Position numbers and translations under genes: made by a program. A stretch of DNA of 64,000 bases from NCBI GenBank assembly GCA_050273025.1, contig CP158635.1, positions 7,750,001 to 7,814,000 of the forward strand, given 5' to 3'. Below are positions 24,001 to 37,870 of the stretch, piece after piece (within the stretch, counting starts at the first letter, position 1; each line of letters opens with the position of its first letter). Below the pieces are notes generated by a model, which saw nothing but the letters and a program-made list of their open reading frames with translations, made no database searches and was not told the origin of the DNA. The stretch is from Cenococcum geophilum. Its lineage: Eukaryota.

Positions 24001-26300
24001 CGCTAATAGTATATTATTTCTGAGTTCCTTAAGTTTAGATAAGCTCTGCTAATATAATAAAGGCTACTTAAAGGGTTATAATTATGGTAGTAAGGAAGGA
24101 GAATATAGTAGTATACTCTTTATCTATATTAAGAGATTATTTCTATAGTACTTACTAGGTTTATTTTATAGCTTATATAGTTTATAGGACGCGTTCTTAA
24201 AGGGCGCGCTATTTAATTAAGGTTATTAAGGTTAGGGGCTTATTTATTTATTATAATCTAGCTTTAGGGGCTATATACTAGAAAATACTATATATATCTC
24301 TACTAATACTAAATTAGGGTATATATTATTAACAGAAAGGGTTTCTATAATTCTTTAAACTTATATAAACTCTATTAGGGTTATTTTAAAGATTTCTTTA
24401 TTAGGCAATTATATCGTAAGTTTATTACAATTAAGGTAATAGTAAAAAAGACTAAGTAGTATGCTAGAGTTAGTAGTTATAAATAATTATATTATTAAGA
24501 AAATAAATTAAAAGTTTATATAGTAGCTTTAAAAGTAGTAAAAGAACTCTTTTACTATAGCTATATAGGCTTATACTATTACTTTATAAGATACTATAAG
24601 GGCCTTAGAAATAATTCTTAATAGGTTATTATATAGTCTATATAAGTAGAGGATAAAAAAGAGCTAAATAGATTAAGTTGTAATATAATACTAAATAAAG
24701 ATATTTTAAGGTTAATTAATAAGTAATTAGCTTCCAAAATGCTATACAACATTAATATAAAGCCTTTTTTTTTACCTAAAAATAAAGTTTAATACTATTC
24801 TAATAATATTCTAATACTATATAATACTATATAATAATAATTTACCTATAATTAGGTATTTAGTAGAATTTTAATATTCTAAAATATTATAACCCTATTA
24901 CTTGTATTTAATTACTATAGCTTTATATAAATAAAAGTTATTTAAAGAAATTTAAGACTTTTTATTAAGTAATTCTCTAAATTTTAAAAGACTATTTAGG
25001 TACTATAATCCTATATAAGTGCTATAAATTAGAGAGGTTTATTAGAATATCTAAGGAAATAAAAAAGGTTATTAAAATTCTTAATAACCTCCAACGCTAG
25101 AGAAAGAAACTCTATTTTGCAGATTATATAGAAAAATCCTCTAGAAATCTTAGAAAATCTAAAATATTCTCCTTAAAATAAACTAAGGCAATATATAATT
25201 AACCAAAAAGACAAAAAAACCCTATATTCTTAGTATAACTAAGAATATTAAGCTACTAATCGGAATTAGAATCTTTTAGAAATTTATAAGGAGCTAATAA
25301 GATTTATTAGTAAATTCTAAAAAAAATAAGCTATTTTACGTACCTAGTTAAAGACCACCCTTAGACTTAATTTTTAAAACCTTCTTTAAGGTAGTAACGC
25401 GCGCACCGTTAATATTAAGCATCTTATTAAAAAATCCGAGAAGTTAGTTAATTTTACTTAAAAAATAAAATATATCGGAAAAAACGAGAATTAAATACCT
25501 TATTAACTAAGAAAACACTAAAAAAAATCTTAAAAAAGGAAAGAAGGTAAGATCTATATCTGCCAAAGGCCTTAGGCATTCTCTTATTTTTATTAAGGTT
25601 AGAATTTCCCTAAAAAAAAGTTGGTTTTATTAAAATATATAAGAAATAAACTAGATTTCTTACCTTCTAAAGCCCTTTTTTTATATACTAGAGCTCTAGA
25701 ATAGATTCCTAGGTAAAGTAAGAAATTATATTACTATTATTAGAATTTTTAATAATATACTTTATAGTTATAGCCGTAAGGAAGTATATTACGTTCCTTA
25801 GTACTATTAATCGCCTTTTTAGGCATACGCTAAAAAATGTTAAATTAGTTATTTTTTATCTAAAAAATAGCGAAAAACTTACTATATTTTAAACGTAATA
25901 AGTATAGCATCTAGGATCTACGTCCTTATATCCTTAGAAGCCAGCTTTAAAATATTAAAAAAACTAAGAAAAAATGTAATCTTTCTTACCTTAACTTCTC
26001 CTTAAGGTCTTTATCTTATTGCTCCTAGATAGAATTAGTATATTCTTAAAGCCACTAAGAAAAAAATATACCTTTAAGGGCTTTCTTAATAACTATCTTT
26101 TTTTATATACTGCCTTATTAGCAGCAGTAATTATAGCAGTACTAGCAGATCTAATACTCAAAATTTAAAATAATTTTTGGAAAAAATAAGAAAAAATATT
26201 AGTAAATAAAGTAATAGGCTGTATATTAAATAATTCTTCCTAGTAAGAAAGGAAGCCTAGGATGTCGGAAAATCCAATAATTAAGTAATTAATAGGGTAG

Positions 26301-26514
26301 AAAACCGAGAAACAAATTTCCTAAAAAGTTTTAAAAATTGGAAACGTTAATTTAAAGCTAATATATTAGAATAACTAAGGAATTGGTAAGCGGTATAATA
26401 TAAAACCGAGAAACAAATTTCCTAAAAAAATTTGAAAATTTAAATTGTTAATTTAAAGCCAATATATTAAAATAACTAAGAAACTAGTAAGCAATATAAT
26501 ATAAAACTAAGAAA
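26301..26514. repeat. ~101-bp tandem repeat, 2 units plus the start of a third
   Basis: AAAACCGAGAAACAAATTTCC recurs at 26301 and 26402, and partially at 26503. Confidence 0.8.
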
Positions 26515-27648
26515 AGAAAAAATAGATCTCTATTAATTCAAAAATATAGTTTTAAAGGCCTTTTTTTTCTAAAAATATATAAAAATTATATGACTTAAAA
26601 TTACTTACTTAGGAGGCATGTTAAATACTCTATAAGAGCTATTAAATTGAAAATCTAGTATATAAGTTAGTTTATAACGTATATAGCTAATATAAAGCTC
26701 TAGCTTACTAGATATTCACTTATTAATTAAGCAATAGGGTATTAAAGGTCGACGTAGTCAATTAAGAGTGAAGTTATCTTAGGCGCCAAGACCTCGCGTA
26801 TACTAAGCCATTTTGGGATTGGCGCTCCGACCGTCCGCGCCTAAACGGTTACTATACAATAGGAAGAAGGCAGCTGAAAATTTATTTGGGGTATGCCAAG
26901 ACTTATCGCGATAAGGATTAACCTAAACGAGATAGCTACCCACTTAAGACAGTGTATAGGCCTCCACGAAAATCAAATCAAAACATCAAAATACTCCTTA
27001 ACTACACCACTACTATATCCTCTACTACCCCCTAATTGCTGTTGCTTAACCAAGAAGATCGAATACAAATTATTCTTTAATTATTAAAAGCCAATCCTAA
27101 TTAATCTGGCCGTTTGCTTGCCCAAATATACGGTTTATCGCCTTCTTTTATTTACTATTGTTATAACGGCCGCCAGTTAAGCAAGGAGTATTACTAAAAG
27201 CTTTAAAAGCTCTTAGTTATTAAGGAGGACTCCCTAGTTAAATATATTAATATAATAGGAGCCTAGGGTTGGCCACCTTAAATTTAACACCTTAAATCTA
27301 TAGCTAAAAGTATCCTTACTATAAAGAAGCGTCCTCTAGAGCTTAGCCAATACTAATATAAAAACTTTCTTACCTAATACCCAGAGCTTAAAGCTTAATT
27401 CGCCTAAGGCCTTAATTAAAAGTAAAAGGATACTAAGGATCTAGAGATTATTAAAGAGTGGTTTAATCTTTATAAGGCTACTATTACTAAGTACGCAATT
27501 CCCCCTAAGCGATTAATATAATATAGATAAGAAAGGAATTATAATAGGGTTAGGCGATAAGGTTAAGGTGCTTATTCCTTAATTAAAGGCTTAAGCCTTT
27601 ATTATAGAGCCGGGCAATCGCAATTAGGTGTCTATTATTAAGTGTATA

Positions 27649-27864
27649 TTAGGAAGTCAATTAGGAGGTCAATTAGGAGGTCAATTAGGAGGTCAATTAG
27701 AAGGTTAACTAGGAGGTTAACTAAGAGATTAACTAGGAGGTCAACTAGGAGGTTAACTAGGAGGTCAACTAGGAGGTCAATTAGGAGGTCAATTAGGAGA
27801 TCAATTAGGAGGCTAACTAGGAGGTCAACTAGGAGGTCAATTGGGAAGTTAATTAGGAGGTTAA
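27649..27864 (+). repeat. 12-bp minisatellite (~18 units, TTAGGAGGTCAA) inside the Pogo-A transposase
   Basis: Directly visible; accounts for the spurious ORF 27642-27935. Confidence 0.95.
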
Positions 27865-29025
27865 TATTGATTATCTCCCTACCTTATCTTTTAGGGGAAG
27901 TAAATGTAACGATTTTAGATATTACCTGGACTTAATCGCAAGACAGTAATTTAAGTAAGCGATTCGGGCTGGACAAATTCGGATATTGTAGTTAATTAGT
28001 TAAAACACTTTAACTAATATACAGAGCTACGCCTTTAAGGAATCTATTACTTATTAATTTTTAACGGATACGAGAGCCACGTATTAATGTAGTTTATTAA
28101 GTATTGCGAAGCTTATAAGATTATCCCTTTCTATCTACTACCTTATTTAACACACCTACTTTAACCCCTTAATGTTGGTATATTCAGCCCCTTATTAAAA
28201 GCCTATTAAAAGCACCTCTATAACTTCGCCTTCTATAGAGCTATTAATATTACTAAGCCTAAGTTCCTTAAGTATTACTAAGCCGTATAAAATAAAGCTA
28301 TATTACTAACTAATATAGTAAGCGTATGGCGGGTAACTAGCCTTCTACCATTCGATCCTTTAATTATTTTAGAAAAGATTTGGCTAATAACTCCTTCCTA
28401 TATAAGCTTTATAGACAAGAATAGCCACAAATTTAATATACCCGTGTCTCCTTCCGCAGAGGAGAGACTTACAAAGATATTTAGGTAGCTCTTATAAGGT
28501 GCATTACCCCTACATTCTTAAGCTGTGTATAATATTCAGCAGTTTATATTAAGTACGGTAGCTAATAATACAATTCTCAAGCGAATAAATTAGGAGCTTC
28601 TTAAAAGATAAAAGCCGCCTATAGGAAGGCATAAAAGAAGAATAATAAAAAGCTTTAAAAGGAGCAGGAAGAGAAGAGGGTAAAGGAAAGAAAGGCTGCA
28701 TTATAGGGGGTTATTACCTTTATAAAGAAGGTTTGAAAGGAACTACTAATGGATTATAGTGTATTTATATAATAGGGTTAATTTGGGTTGATTTTGGGGT
28801 TAATTTTAATGTCAATTTGATTTTAATTTTCGCAGGAGGCCCGTGCACTGTCTTGGGTGGGTGGCCAGGCTTGCGGAGGATAAATTATCCTATCCGGTCG
28901 GGCGGATAATAATCCTATTTAAGGATAGCCTGGATATCGGATAATATCCGGATAATATCTGGATATCCGTAAAATTTTTAACTATAAAACTAAACCTTTA
29001 CCCCCTATTATACGACGCTATAAAT

Positions 29026-31328
29026 ATGGCTAGTACTAGTGAAATTTACCCTAAAAACCTTAACGATAATAATTCCTTTAAAGTTAATACACTTTCTGCC
29101 CTTTTAAGCGGCGTTAAGACTAAAGCTGATACTGGTTTAATTCTAACTACTTATATAACACAGATCTTAAAATAAGTCTCCTTAATTTATAAACATACTC
29201 GTACGGTAATAAAGGAAGAAAAGGCTTATATAAAGAAACGCTACTTTTATAAATACTGTCCTCCTTAAGACCTAAAAGGATACTATTTCTCAACCGTTGG
29301 ATTATAAGGCTATCTTAAAAAATATAATATTGAATGGAATCTAGCAGAGAATTAAGAGCGTACGATAGTAAAAGATTGGGGGGAGAGATCTCTTTTAGAA
29401 CTATATTAAAAGCTTTTAGTAAGAGGAGAAGTTTAAGGTCTTAAGGGTGAGGTTTTAAAGCGTATAGTATATCGAAATACTATAAAGCAAGCACTTCTAG
29501 ATCTAATTATCGTACGACGGCTTCCCTTCTTATATGTGGAATGGCTAGAGTTTTATACTTTTATAAAAGCATTAAATTAAAAAGCAGTCTTAATTATCCC
29601 TATATACTACTTAATGATTATAGCCTAGATTCTTAAATACTTTATTAAGAGTTAAGATATTGTACAAAAAGTACTTTAATCTGCAAAAATAAATATTTAC
29701 CTTACTATGGATATCTGGACCTCTCTAAGTTATTCCCTTCTTTTTAGAATCTGTGCTAGCTTTATTAATATCTAAGATAAATACCGGAACCCCTTAATTG
29801 CCCTTTATATGGTATTTAGTTAGAGTGGTATAGATTAATAGGAGGCGCTTTATCTGGTTTTTATTAAGTACGGCATTAAAACAAAGATTAGAGCTCTTAT
29901 TGGCGATAATGCTAGATTAAACGATGTTCTCTGTCGTACGATTGGCTAATGGCTTAACCTTAAGTATAAAATTAACTAGATCGCAATATATTAAAGAATT
30001 CGCTGTTAGGGGCACGTTATTAATTTTATTATTTAGGCCTTTCTATTTTGTTTAAAAAAGGATAAGAAGCTTATAAACTTATATAATAAAGAGGATAAGG
30101 AACAGGACGAAGAAGAAAAGGAAGAAGAAGAAGAAGTCGTATAATAAGCACTACCGCTAGTTAAAAGAAAGAAAAAAAAGGATAAAGAATTAGAGCTAGT
30201 ATTGGACGAAAAGCGTAAAAGAGGTAAAAATATTTAAAATATTATGGGGTTGATGGGAAAGCTTTATAACTATATTGTTTATATCCGCAGCTTAGCTAAC
30301 TATATAATATGGTTTATTAAATATGCTAGTAAAATAGTTCCTTTAAATAATTATATAAGATAGAATAGCTGGTTTCTTATACTATATATAGCTCTAGAGG
30401 ATAAGGCAAAGGCTGGGCTTTAACTCTACATAGAGCACTATAAGGATAACTTAAAAGATAATATCCTCTTAATAAGCAAATAGATATATCTTTGTACAAT
30501 TTATAATTTCCTTTAGTCTTTCTATAAAGCAACTCTATTTCTTTAAGGAGATTGTATAACACTAGAGAGGGTTTTAAAATTAGTTAATATTCTTAAGGAT
30601 ATAATATAGACCGCATTAGTAAATTATATAATACTCTTAACGTTTCTTTAGCTAATTATTTCCTATAGGTAATAGCTACTAAGGCTAAGGATAAGTTTAT
30701 AACTCCTTAACTCTAATATGCCGAGGAAAAGCTTATAAAGTACGTTAAGAAGCTAGATAATTCTCCCTACTATCTAGCGGCATAAGTTCTTAACCTAGAG
30801 TATTGTACGGCTTTCTTAAAAGATTAGAATAATTGTATTACCGTTAAAGGAGAAAAGAAGCTCTTTAGCGTACGAAAGCTCTGGGAGAGATTCCGCGAGA
30901 AAGCAATACTTTTAGGTTTAACTATATTGTACGTAACTAAGAAAGCTTAAAAGTCGCCTTTAGAGTCTAAAGAAAATCTCTCTGCCTTCTATAAGGCTTG
31001 TCTTTAGTATTATTTAAAACATACTCGTCTATAGAGTTTAGATAAGTTTGATAACTATATTAACGAGAATCTAATTCCACTTAATAGCCGTATAACAGCT
31101 ATTTAATAGTAGAATTAGCCTCTTTAGTATATAAGATTTCCACGACTTTTATAGCTTGCAATTAAAGTTCTCTTAATACCTAGAATAAGCGATAAGCCAG
31201 AGAGAGTATTTTTAGGTTCTTAATGCCGTATTCTATGGGATTGTATAAGAACTACTCTATAAATACTTAAGGTATCGGAGTGTATAAAAGACTGGGCAGC
31301 TTATAAGATTCTAAGTATTCCCTTATAG
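29026..31328 (+). pseudogene. hAT transposase, RIP-inactivated
   Basis: BED-like YF(C)KYC ~29240; DIWTS ~29710; GDNA ~29902; RIRC.GHVIN ~29995; RWNSWF ~30358; probable intron ~30619-30668; dimerization domain FPRL..LAI.VL.IP.MSD.PERVF ~31137-31215. Confidence 0.85.
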
Positions 31329-32207
31329 TCGTACGAGGGAAAGTATATAAGGGGTGTGTTATATAATACTAAAGGGGGGAAGGGGGGCATATAAATAAAA
31401 TAATTTTAGGTAAAAGGTAACCACTAAAGGCGCGTAGGTGGCGTAGGTAAATATATACTAACTTTAAACTTAATAGATTATGAGTTTAAATCCCACCAAC
31501 GTCGTCCTTTATTAAGAATCGGGAAATATAATTATCTAGTATACTTCCCGTCCTACCGTATAACAGATTCTCTGGTAACATTATTATACTGTAAGTAAAC
31601 TCTCCTCTCTATACAATATACCTATATAACTAACTACTCTTAGGATAAGTAGGAGAGAGTAGAAGCTTTACTAGCGATTAATATAGAGGCTTGGGTAGGG
31701 GGTGTATTAAAGAGGTAGGTGCGGATAGGGAGGCCCTTATATATAAATGCAATTCTAATTTAGAGCCGTAGGTCTCTAAATACAACTATAAGTAACCTAT
31801 ATTACTTATATGAGGCAGAAAGCTAATTAATATTAGCCTTACAAGGCTTATACGGCAACTCTACGTCGTCTAGTAGGCCCTTACCCCTTCACTAAATATT
31901 AAAGTCTCCTAGGGTTCTGTAGTAGGTGCTATGGAAATTACAAGTAGCGGGATTATAGAGCTTAATGTTCGTTATATAATATAAATTCTTAGCCTATAGT
32001 AGCGGTAGCGGGGGCACTGGAGGGTGAGGATCGGATTGTGGAACTAGAGGATAATAAGGAGTAGAAAAAAGTTACTAAATTTAAACTGCTGGGTCTCCTC
32101 TCTTTTTTCCTATTTTTATTTTATTTTATAGTATTTTATATAAAGAGAAGTATAAATAAAAAGGCAGAAAGAAGATATCTAATTAGTAGGAAAGCTAAAG
32201 GTATTTG

Positions 32208-32400
32208 CTAAGGCTCTATACGAAGCTCTACACAAAGCTCTGCACGAAGCTCTGTACGAAGCTCTGCGGAGGCTCTACACGAAGCTCTGCACGAAGCTCT
32301 GTATACGAAGGCTCTGCATAACGGCTCTGCGTACGACGGTTCTGCGTACGACGGCTCTACTACGGAGGCTCTATATAAAAGCTTCGTGCAGAGCTCCGTA
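32208..32400. repeat. 12-15-bp tandem repeats (GAAGCTCTGCAC) in the 3' region of hAT-A
   Basis: Directly visible. Confidence 0.85.
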
Positions 32401-35400
32401 CGCGGCTCCCCATAAGCCTTATCCCGCAGAGCTCTTATAAGCTATATATCTATATAATATTACTTATCCTTAGGATATTTAGATAAAAGTGGTACCATTT
32501 TAAAGCGCTTTTGCAAGCTCTATAAATCTATATTAATAGAAAAATTATTTATTTAATATTGGGGGTTGCATCGCAAGTATAAGTATATTAAGGTGATTTT
32601 GCCAAGACTATCCGGAGACTATCCGGATAGTCTCCGGATACTATCAGCTGATAGGTCTATTATCCGAGAGGCCTATCCGGCCTATCCTCCGCAACTCTGT
32701 GGGTGGCTATCTCGTCTAAGTGGTTAAGACGTTATCCAAAACAACCCTATGGCGGCTTACAAGAATGTCCAAAACTATACCGTGTCCCGTCAATCTCTAA
32801 AGAGAACCCAAAAACTCTAGGGTCTGGCTTGTGCCAACCGCCCTTCTAATGCTATAATACGTGGCTAGAGGTTTGGATACGCGTCGTAGCTTTAGTTAGA
32901 AGGTTAAGGATCTTATATTAAAGCTAGGAGGGACGCGTTAAATTCTAATTTTAAAGTATTAGTGCCAAAGCCAAGCGGAGGAACGGCTATTTTTATCTAT
33001 AATAAAAACTTCTACTTAAGGCGTTTAATCTCACGCTCGCGCCTCTAATACGCAGAGTATAATCTACACTAGCACTACCGCCTTAAAGACACTAAGGAGC
33101 CAACGCGCGCATACTATAGCTTAGAGTTTTACGCGTTAAAAAGCGTACCGTATATATACTGTATCTCTACTTTAAGTTCTACTATAATACCTACCGCTCC
33201 AAGCCATTCCTCGTTATATTTAAATAGACAAAAAAGGGCAAAAATCTCAATAACGGGCTAGCCTAGTTAGGTAGTAATAAGTAGATGCCGCGATATTTTT
33301 ATTGTTTAGAAAATAGAAAGGTCGCAGAAAGTAGCTAGGGTATAGGCGTTAAGGCAGGTATAGTTTATAGACAGTAATTCTTAAGAGTCCTATAGGAGAG
33401 TAAAGTAAGCTAGCGGCAGCAATAAGGATATAGAGAGTACGGATAACCATAGTGGTTTTCTATACTATATCCGACTCCGCTAACGTTCTAAAATATAATA
33501 GTAGAGAGTAAAAGTCGAGCCACTATAAAAAAGCTATCGCTGCCATAGGGAGAAGCGCTATTTTTGTCCTCCGATAAAGGGAGTAGTTCGCTGCCTCTAA
33601 CCAATTCTACCACAAAGACATTTAATATTAGTTCGGGAGTGCTGCCTATAGAAGCTTAACTACTATTAGAGAGGAGATTATATACCATTTTAACCTACGT
33701 GCTCCTGTTTAGGAGTTAAACGAATAATTATAGTATTATTCCCTAGACATCAACTATATATATAACCGTGTCTTTAACTATATCCTTCCGCTTCTAACCG
33801 TTTATATTATATTTAACAAACATTAGTTCCGTTTTCAAGGTAACAATTATTTTAATTAGAGCTTCAATACTGCGTAAAGGTAAGCTTAGAGGACCTCCAT
33901 GTCCTAGCTAAGTATTAAATTGCCTATACTCGTTAGCTAAAGAGCGAGGCTACTTAAGGTGCTCCACTACCTAGAGAAAGAGCTTAAGGTACGTATCTAA
34001 TGTTACTTAGCCTAGTTATCTATTTTCAATATAGTTCAAATAAGGTGTTAACTGCTTAACATTAGTGCAACTAAGAGCGCGTTCTAGCTTACTGTGTATC
34101 TTTTTAATATCCATACATAATGCACCGGATTTAGTAATAGTTATTATATTGGTAATGCCTCTAAGAGCTATATAGAGTCAGTTTCCACGTTAAATAAAGT
34201 ATTCGCGCCCTTATTTACAAAGGGTAAAAGATATACGCTCGGACCCTTTAACGGGACTAGCCTAGTTACAGTAGGAATATCTCAGTGAAATACTCGACAG
34301 ATAAATTCCGATGCTTTAACTAAATTCTACTAGATCAATGGAATTTTACTAAAGTCCGTTAAAGACCGCGTGCGTATATATACACGCATCGACCACTAAG
34401 CCCCTAACTATTTAATTATATAATTCTCTTGTTATTCCTTTGTCTTCTTTACACAACGTCTTGTTCTTAGCGAGAGCTATATACCCTTAGATTTAGATAG
34501 AATTTATATTATTCCTTTAAATCTTCCCTAAAGCCTCTTCGCGCCCTTATATTACGTTACGTTAAAACAACTACTATTAAAATAGCAAACGAACTTAAAC
34601 CCTCCGCGTTAACTATAAGCATTATAGCCCTAGTTAGGGAATAGTTAACTATAATACAACAGTCCTTTACGGATGCTTTAGCCCAATAGTAAGTAATATT
34701 AAAAGCTTAGTACTAGCAATTAATGGGAGCAATCTATAAAGAACTCCGTAACCTTAAAGCACTTATATTAGAAACCCTAATAGCAACACCTATAAACAAA
34801 ATTAAAATAACTATATATAAACCTAACCCGTTAAATGCGAACCCTAAGCTAGTAATAGTAGCTTAACCTATACCTATAATAAACCCGGTACCTACTATAA
34901 AATCTATAAAGCTTCTTAATCCTTTAATGTTTAATAGAAATTAACATAACCTATATCTCTTTATAACTAAGCTCTATCTTAAACTTTTAATAAACTATAA
35001 CTAATACCCTACTAAAGCTAGCAAGATTAGCTATAGAATGTCTTATTTAAGTAAAGATACTATAAGAACTATAAACCTATTCTTCTATAACGGCACCTTT
35101 ATTAATTTTAAAAATTTTATCTCTCTATTAGAATAAATGTATAATAATACTAGCCGCGAATATATAGCTATTACTAAACTTAAAAACCTATAATAACGGA
35201 ACCGAGACTTTACTAGCTTCTTTTTAGAATTCTTAGGCCTTATTAATAAACTAGATTAGAATAAAGCCGCTAGAGTTACTGCTCTCCGTTAAGCTATTTT
35301 AGATAAAATTAGAGCACAGTTAGTAGGTAGAGAATTGCCAAAGGGCTTACCCAAATTTGCTATAATATATTAATAAATTAATAAGGGCCTTTAATATAAT

Positions 35401-37268
35401 AAATAGACTTATTCTCTAAAGCCAACTATACCTTATATATAAAACTCTACAAAACTAGTATATACCCTAAAGCGCGATCCGTCTCTAAGACCTAAAAGCC
35501 CTATATATAACCTTATAGACCTTAACGCCACCTAATCCTATATACTCTTAGGAACAAATAAATAAAGAATGTTTTAGATATAGAAAAAAGGGATATATTT
35601 AAAGGGATTGCTAAACTTACCCTTTTAAAAAGGTCCGCCGTAGCTCCTCTTAATCCTTAAGTCGCACTTATTCTACGAATTATACTCATTTTATAAATTA
35701 TACTTAGTCGCTATAAAGTATCTCACCTTTAGTTAACTTAGAAAATAAATTATCCTAGGGCTAAGTCGCGCCTTAGAATAAGAAGTGGAAGAGTATAAGT
35801 ATTTAGGCTTTTCTAGCACTAATATATAACATAACTCCCTTAATATACTTAGCGAAATTTAAATACTTAGAAAATAGAAGGAAGTATAAATCCTTATAGA
35901 TAGCGAAGCTACTAATATAGGCTTTATTAATATAAACTACGCAAAAACTTAATACTTAAATTTAAAGAAACTTAATAAGCCTTAAGGCCTACGAGGCTAT
36001 AATAGTAAGGCTTTAATATATAGCGAATTAACATACTACGCTTTTATAAAGATATAGATAGGCAAATACCTTAAATATGTTTCCCTATTTATAATACCCT
36101 TAAAGCATTATAAGGTAATACTTAGATATAGATAGCTAAAACAACACAACCCTTTAATTAGCTAGGTTAAAGAAATACTAAAATTCCGTATAACTTACTG
36201 CTAAAGTTATTACTTAAAATACCACTCGCCCTATAAACACGTATATGACTATTTAAATTTAATATAATATAAATTGCCCTTGCTATAAACCTTAAACTAA
36301 TATAATAAAGTTATAACTACTAATTGCAGTAAAGAATGCGAAGATAATATATTAAAACCCCTTAAAATTTATATAGTATAAGCCGCACCCTTTTATTTAT
36401 TAGTAAGAAAATAAAACTATAAGATCTTTACTATAATACTAGAAGATATTAAAAAGGCGTTAGAACTAAAGTAATATATTAACCCCTAACCTCTTATACT
36501 TAAAGAATATCACAATCTAATTAATACGTTTAAGAAATAATTTGTAAACTAACTACCCCCATATTAAGATAAGTATAATTTTAAGATAGAACCTAAACCT
36601 AGTATAACGCTAAAGTTTGGACTGTTATACGGTATATTATAAGAAGAGCTGCTTATAATATAATAATACCTTAAAGAGCACCTAGAGAAAGGTTTTATTC
36701 GCCCTAGTTAATTACTATTTGCCTTATTTATACTATTTATTAAGAAACCTAAAGGAGGCTTAAGGTTCTATATTGATTATTAAGCCTTAAATATAATTAT
36801 AATTTAAAACTAATATCTAATTCCTTTACTTTAAGAAACGCTTAACTACTTAGTAAAAGTATAATACTTTATAAAGCTTAACGTAGTCGCTGCCTTTAAT
36901 TAAATCTGTGTTTGTGAAGGAGATAAAAAGTATACGGCTTTCTGTATATAATAGGGACTTTTTAAATACCTAGTAATGCTATATAGTATAAAGAACAGTC
37001 CTAGTATATTTTAGTAATACGTTAATAATATACTTCGCGAATTCCTTAATATATTTATTACCGCGTATATTAATAATATTTTAATCTATTTACTTTCGCT
37101 TTTTAAGCATTAAAAGCACGTCTAAATAGTCCTTAAACGCCTGTAAGACGCGGGCTTATAATGCGATATTAAGAAATGCAAGTTCTATACGTCTAAAGTT
37201 ATATACTTAGGCCTAATTATATCCCGCGATAGAATTAAAATAGACCCTAAAAAAATCGCTTTAATTAT

Positions 37269-37870
37269 TATCGGGAATGAGGCAAGCGGTCGTCACGTGA
37301 CGCCGCGGCACTAGCGTGGCGAGGAGTCTTAGGCTCCTCACCCTTTCTCATTCCAATTAACAAGCTTTATCAACCAACATCACTGTAACCCTACTCGAGT
37401 AACGTGTTCTATCAGTCATCCGGTAATATCAGTCATCCGGTAGCCCCAAAAATCACCAAAAATTAGAAAAACTGCACCTTAATATCTCGATAATGGCTTA
37501 ATAATAAATTCCAAAATTTTATAATTAGCCTTTTATACCTATTTTAAACCTCTTATTAAATTTAAAAAATAATCTATTAAGTAGCTCTAAAAATATCGCA
37601 AATATCGTAATTTAGCTTAAAATTAGGGGCTAAAACCCAATATCTTAATATTAGCCAGACTTATTATACTAGAACTTTATTAAAAGTCTTAATATAGGCA
37701 CGAAAGGCTAATTATAAAATTTCAAAATTTATTATTAAGCCGTTGTTAAAATATTAAGGTGCAGTTTTTCCAATTTTTGGTGGTTTTTGGGGCTATTAGA
37801 TGACTAATATTACCGGATAACTAATAGAACACGTTAGTCGTTATTGGTGAGTCACCCTATATGACCAACA
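37269..37870 (+). mobile_element. Solo LTR (~167 bp once the nested MITE is removed)
   Basis: TSD ATTAT (37264-37268 / 37871-37875); T(A/G)TCGGGAATGAGGCAAGCGGTCGTCACGTG...CCAACA; homologous to 60383-60544. Strand is relative to that copy only. Confidence 0.85.
37402..37834. mobile_element. Foldback MITE, Tc1/mariner-pogo type
   Basis: TA TSD; ACGTGTTCTATCAGTCATCCGGTAAT...ATTACCGGATAACTAATAGAACACGT; almost entirely inverted repeat. Confidence 0.9.

Larger units (their letters stand above)
28866..32699 (+). mobile_element. hAT DNA transposon (hAT-A)
   Basis: 8-bp TSD TGGGTGGC (28858-28865 / 32700-32707); 17-bp TIR CAGGCTTGCGGAGGATA / TATCCTCCGCAACTCTG with 2 mismatches; subterminal TATCCGG repeats. 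Confidence 0.93.
26921..32732 (+). mobile_element. pogo/Fot1-like DNA transposon (Pogo-A), RIP-degenerate; hAT-A inserted in its right TIR
   Basis: Motifs LGWPP (~27264), YNMDEKG (~27517), NRNWVSIIECI, LLIFDGHESH (~28050), HSTHLLQPLDVG (~28145). Left end ACCTAAACGAGATAGCTACCCACTTAAGACAGTG is the reverse complement of the right end (28820-28865 plus 32708-32732, ending ACGT-TA). The outer ~11 nt of the left TIR are missing. Confidence 0.85.

Noticed and set aside
27649..27864. Possible CRISPR or telomeric array
   Set aside because: Contiguous 12-mers with no spacers, not TTAGGG, eukaryotic context
27642..27935. Arg-rich ORF (IRRS repeats)
   Set aside because: Off-frame reading of the 12-bp minisatellite within the pogo transposase
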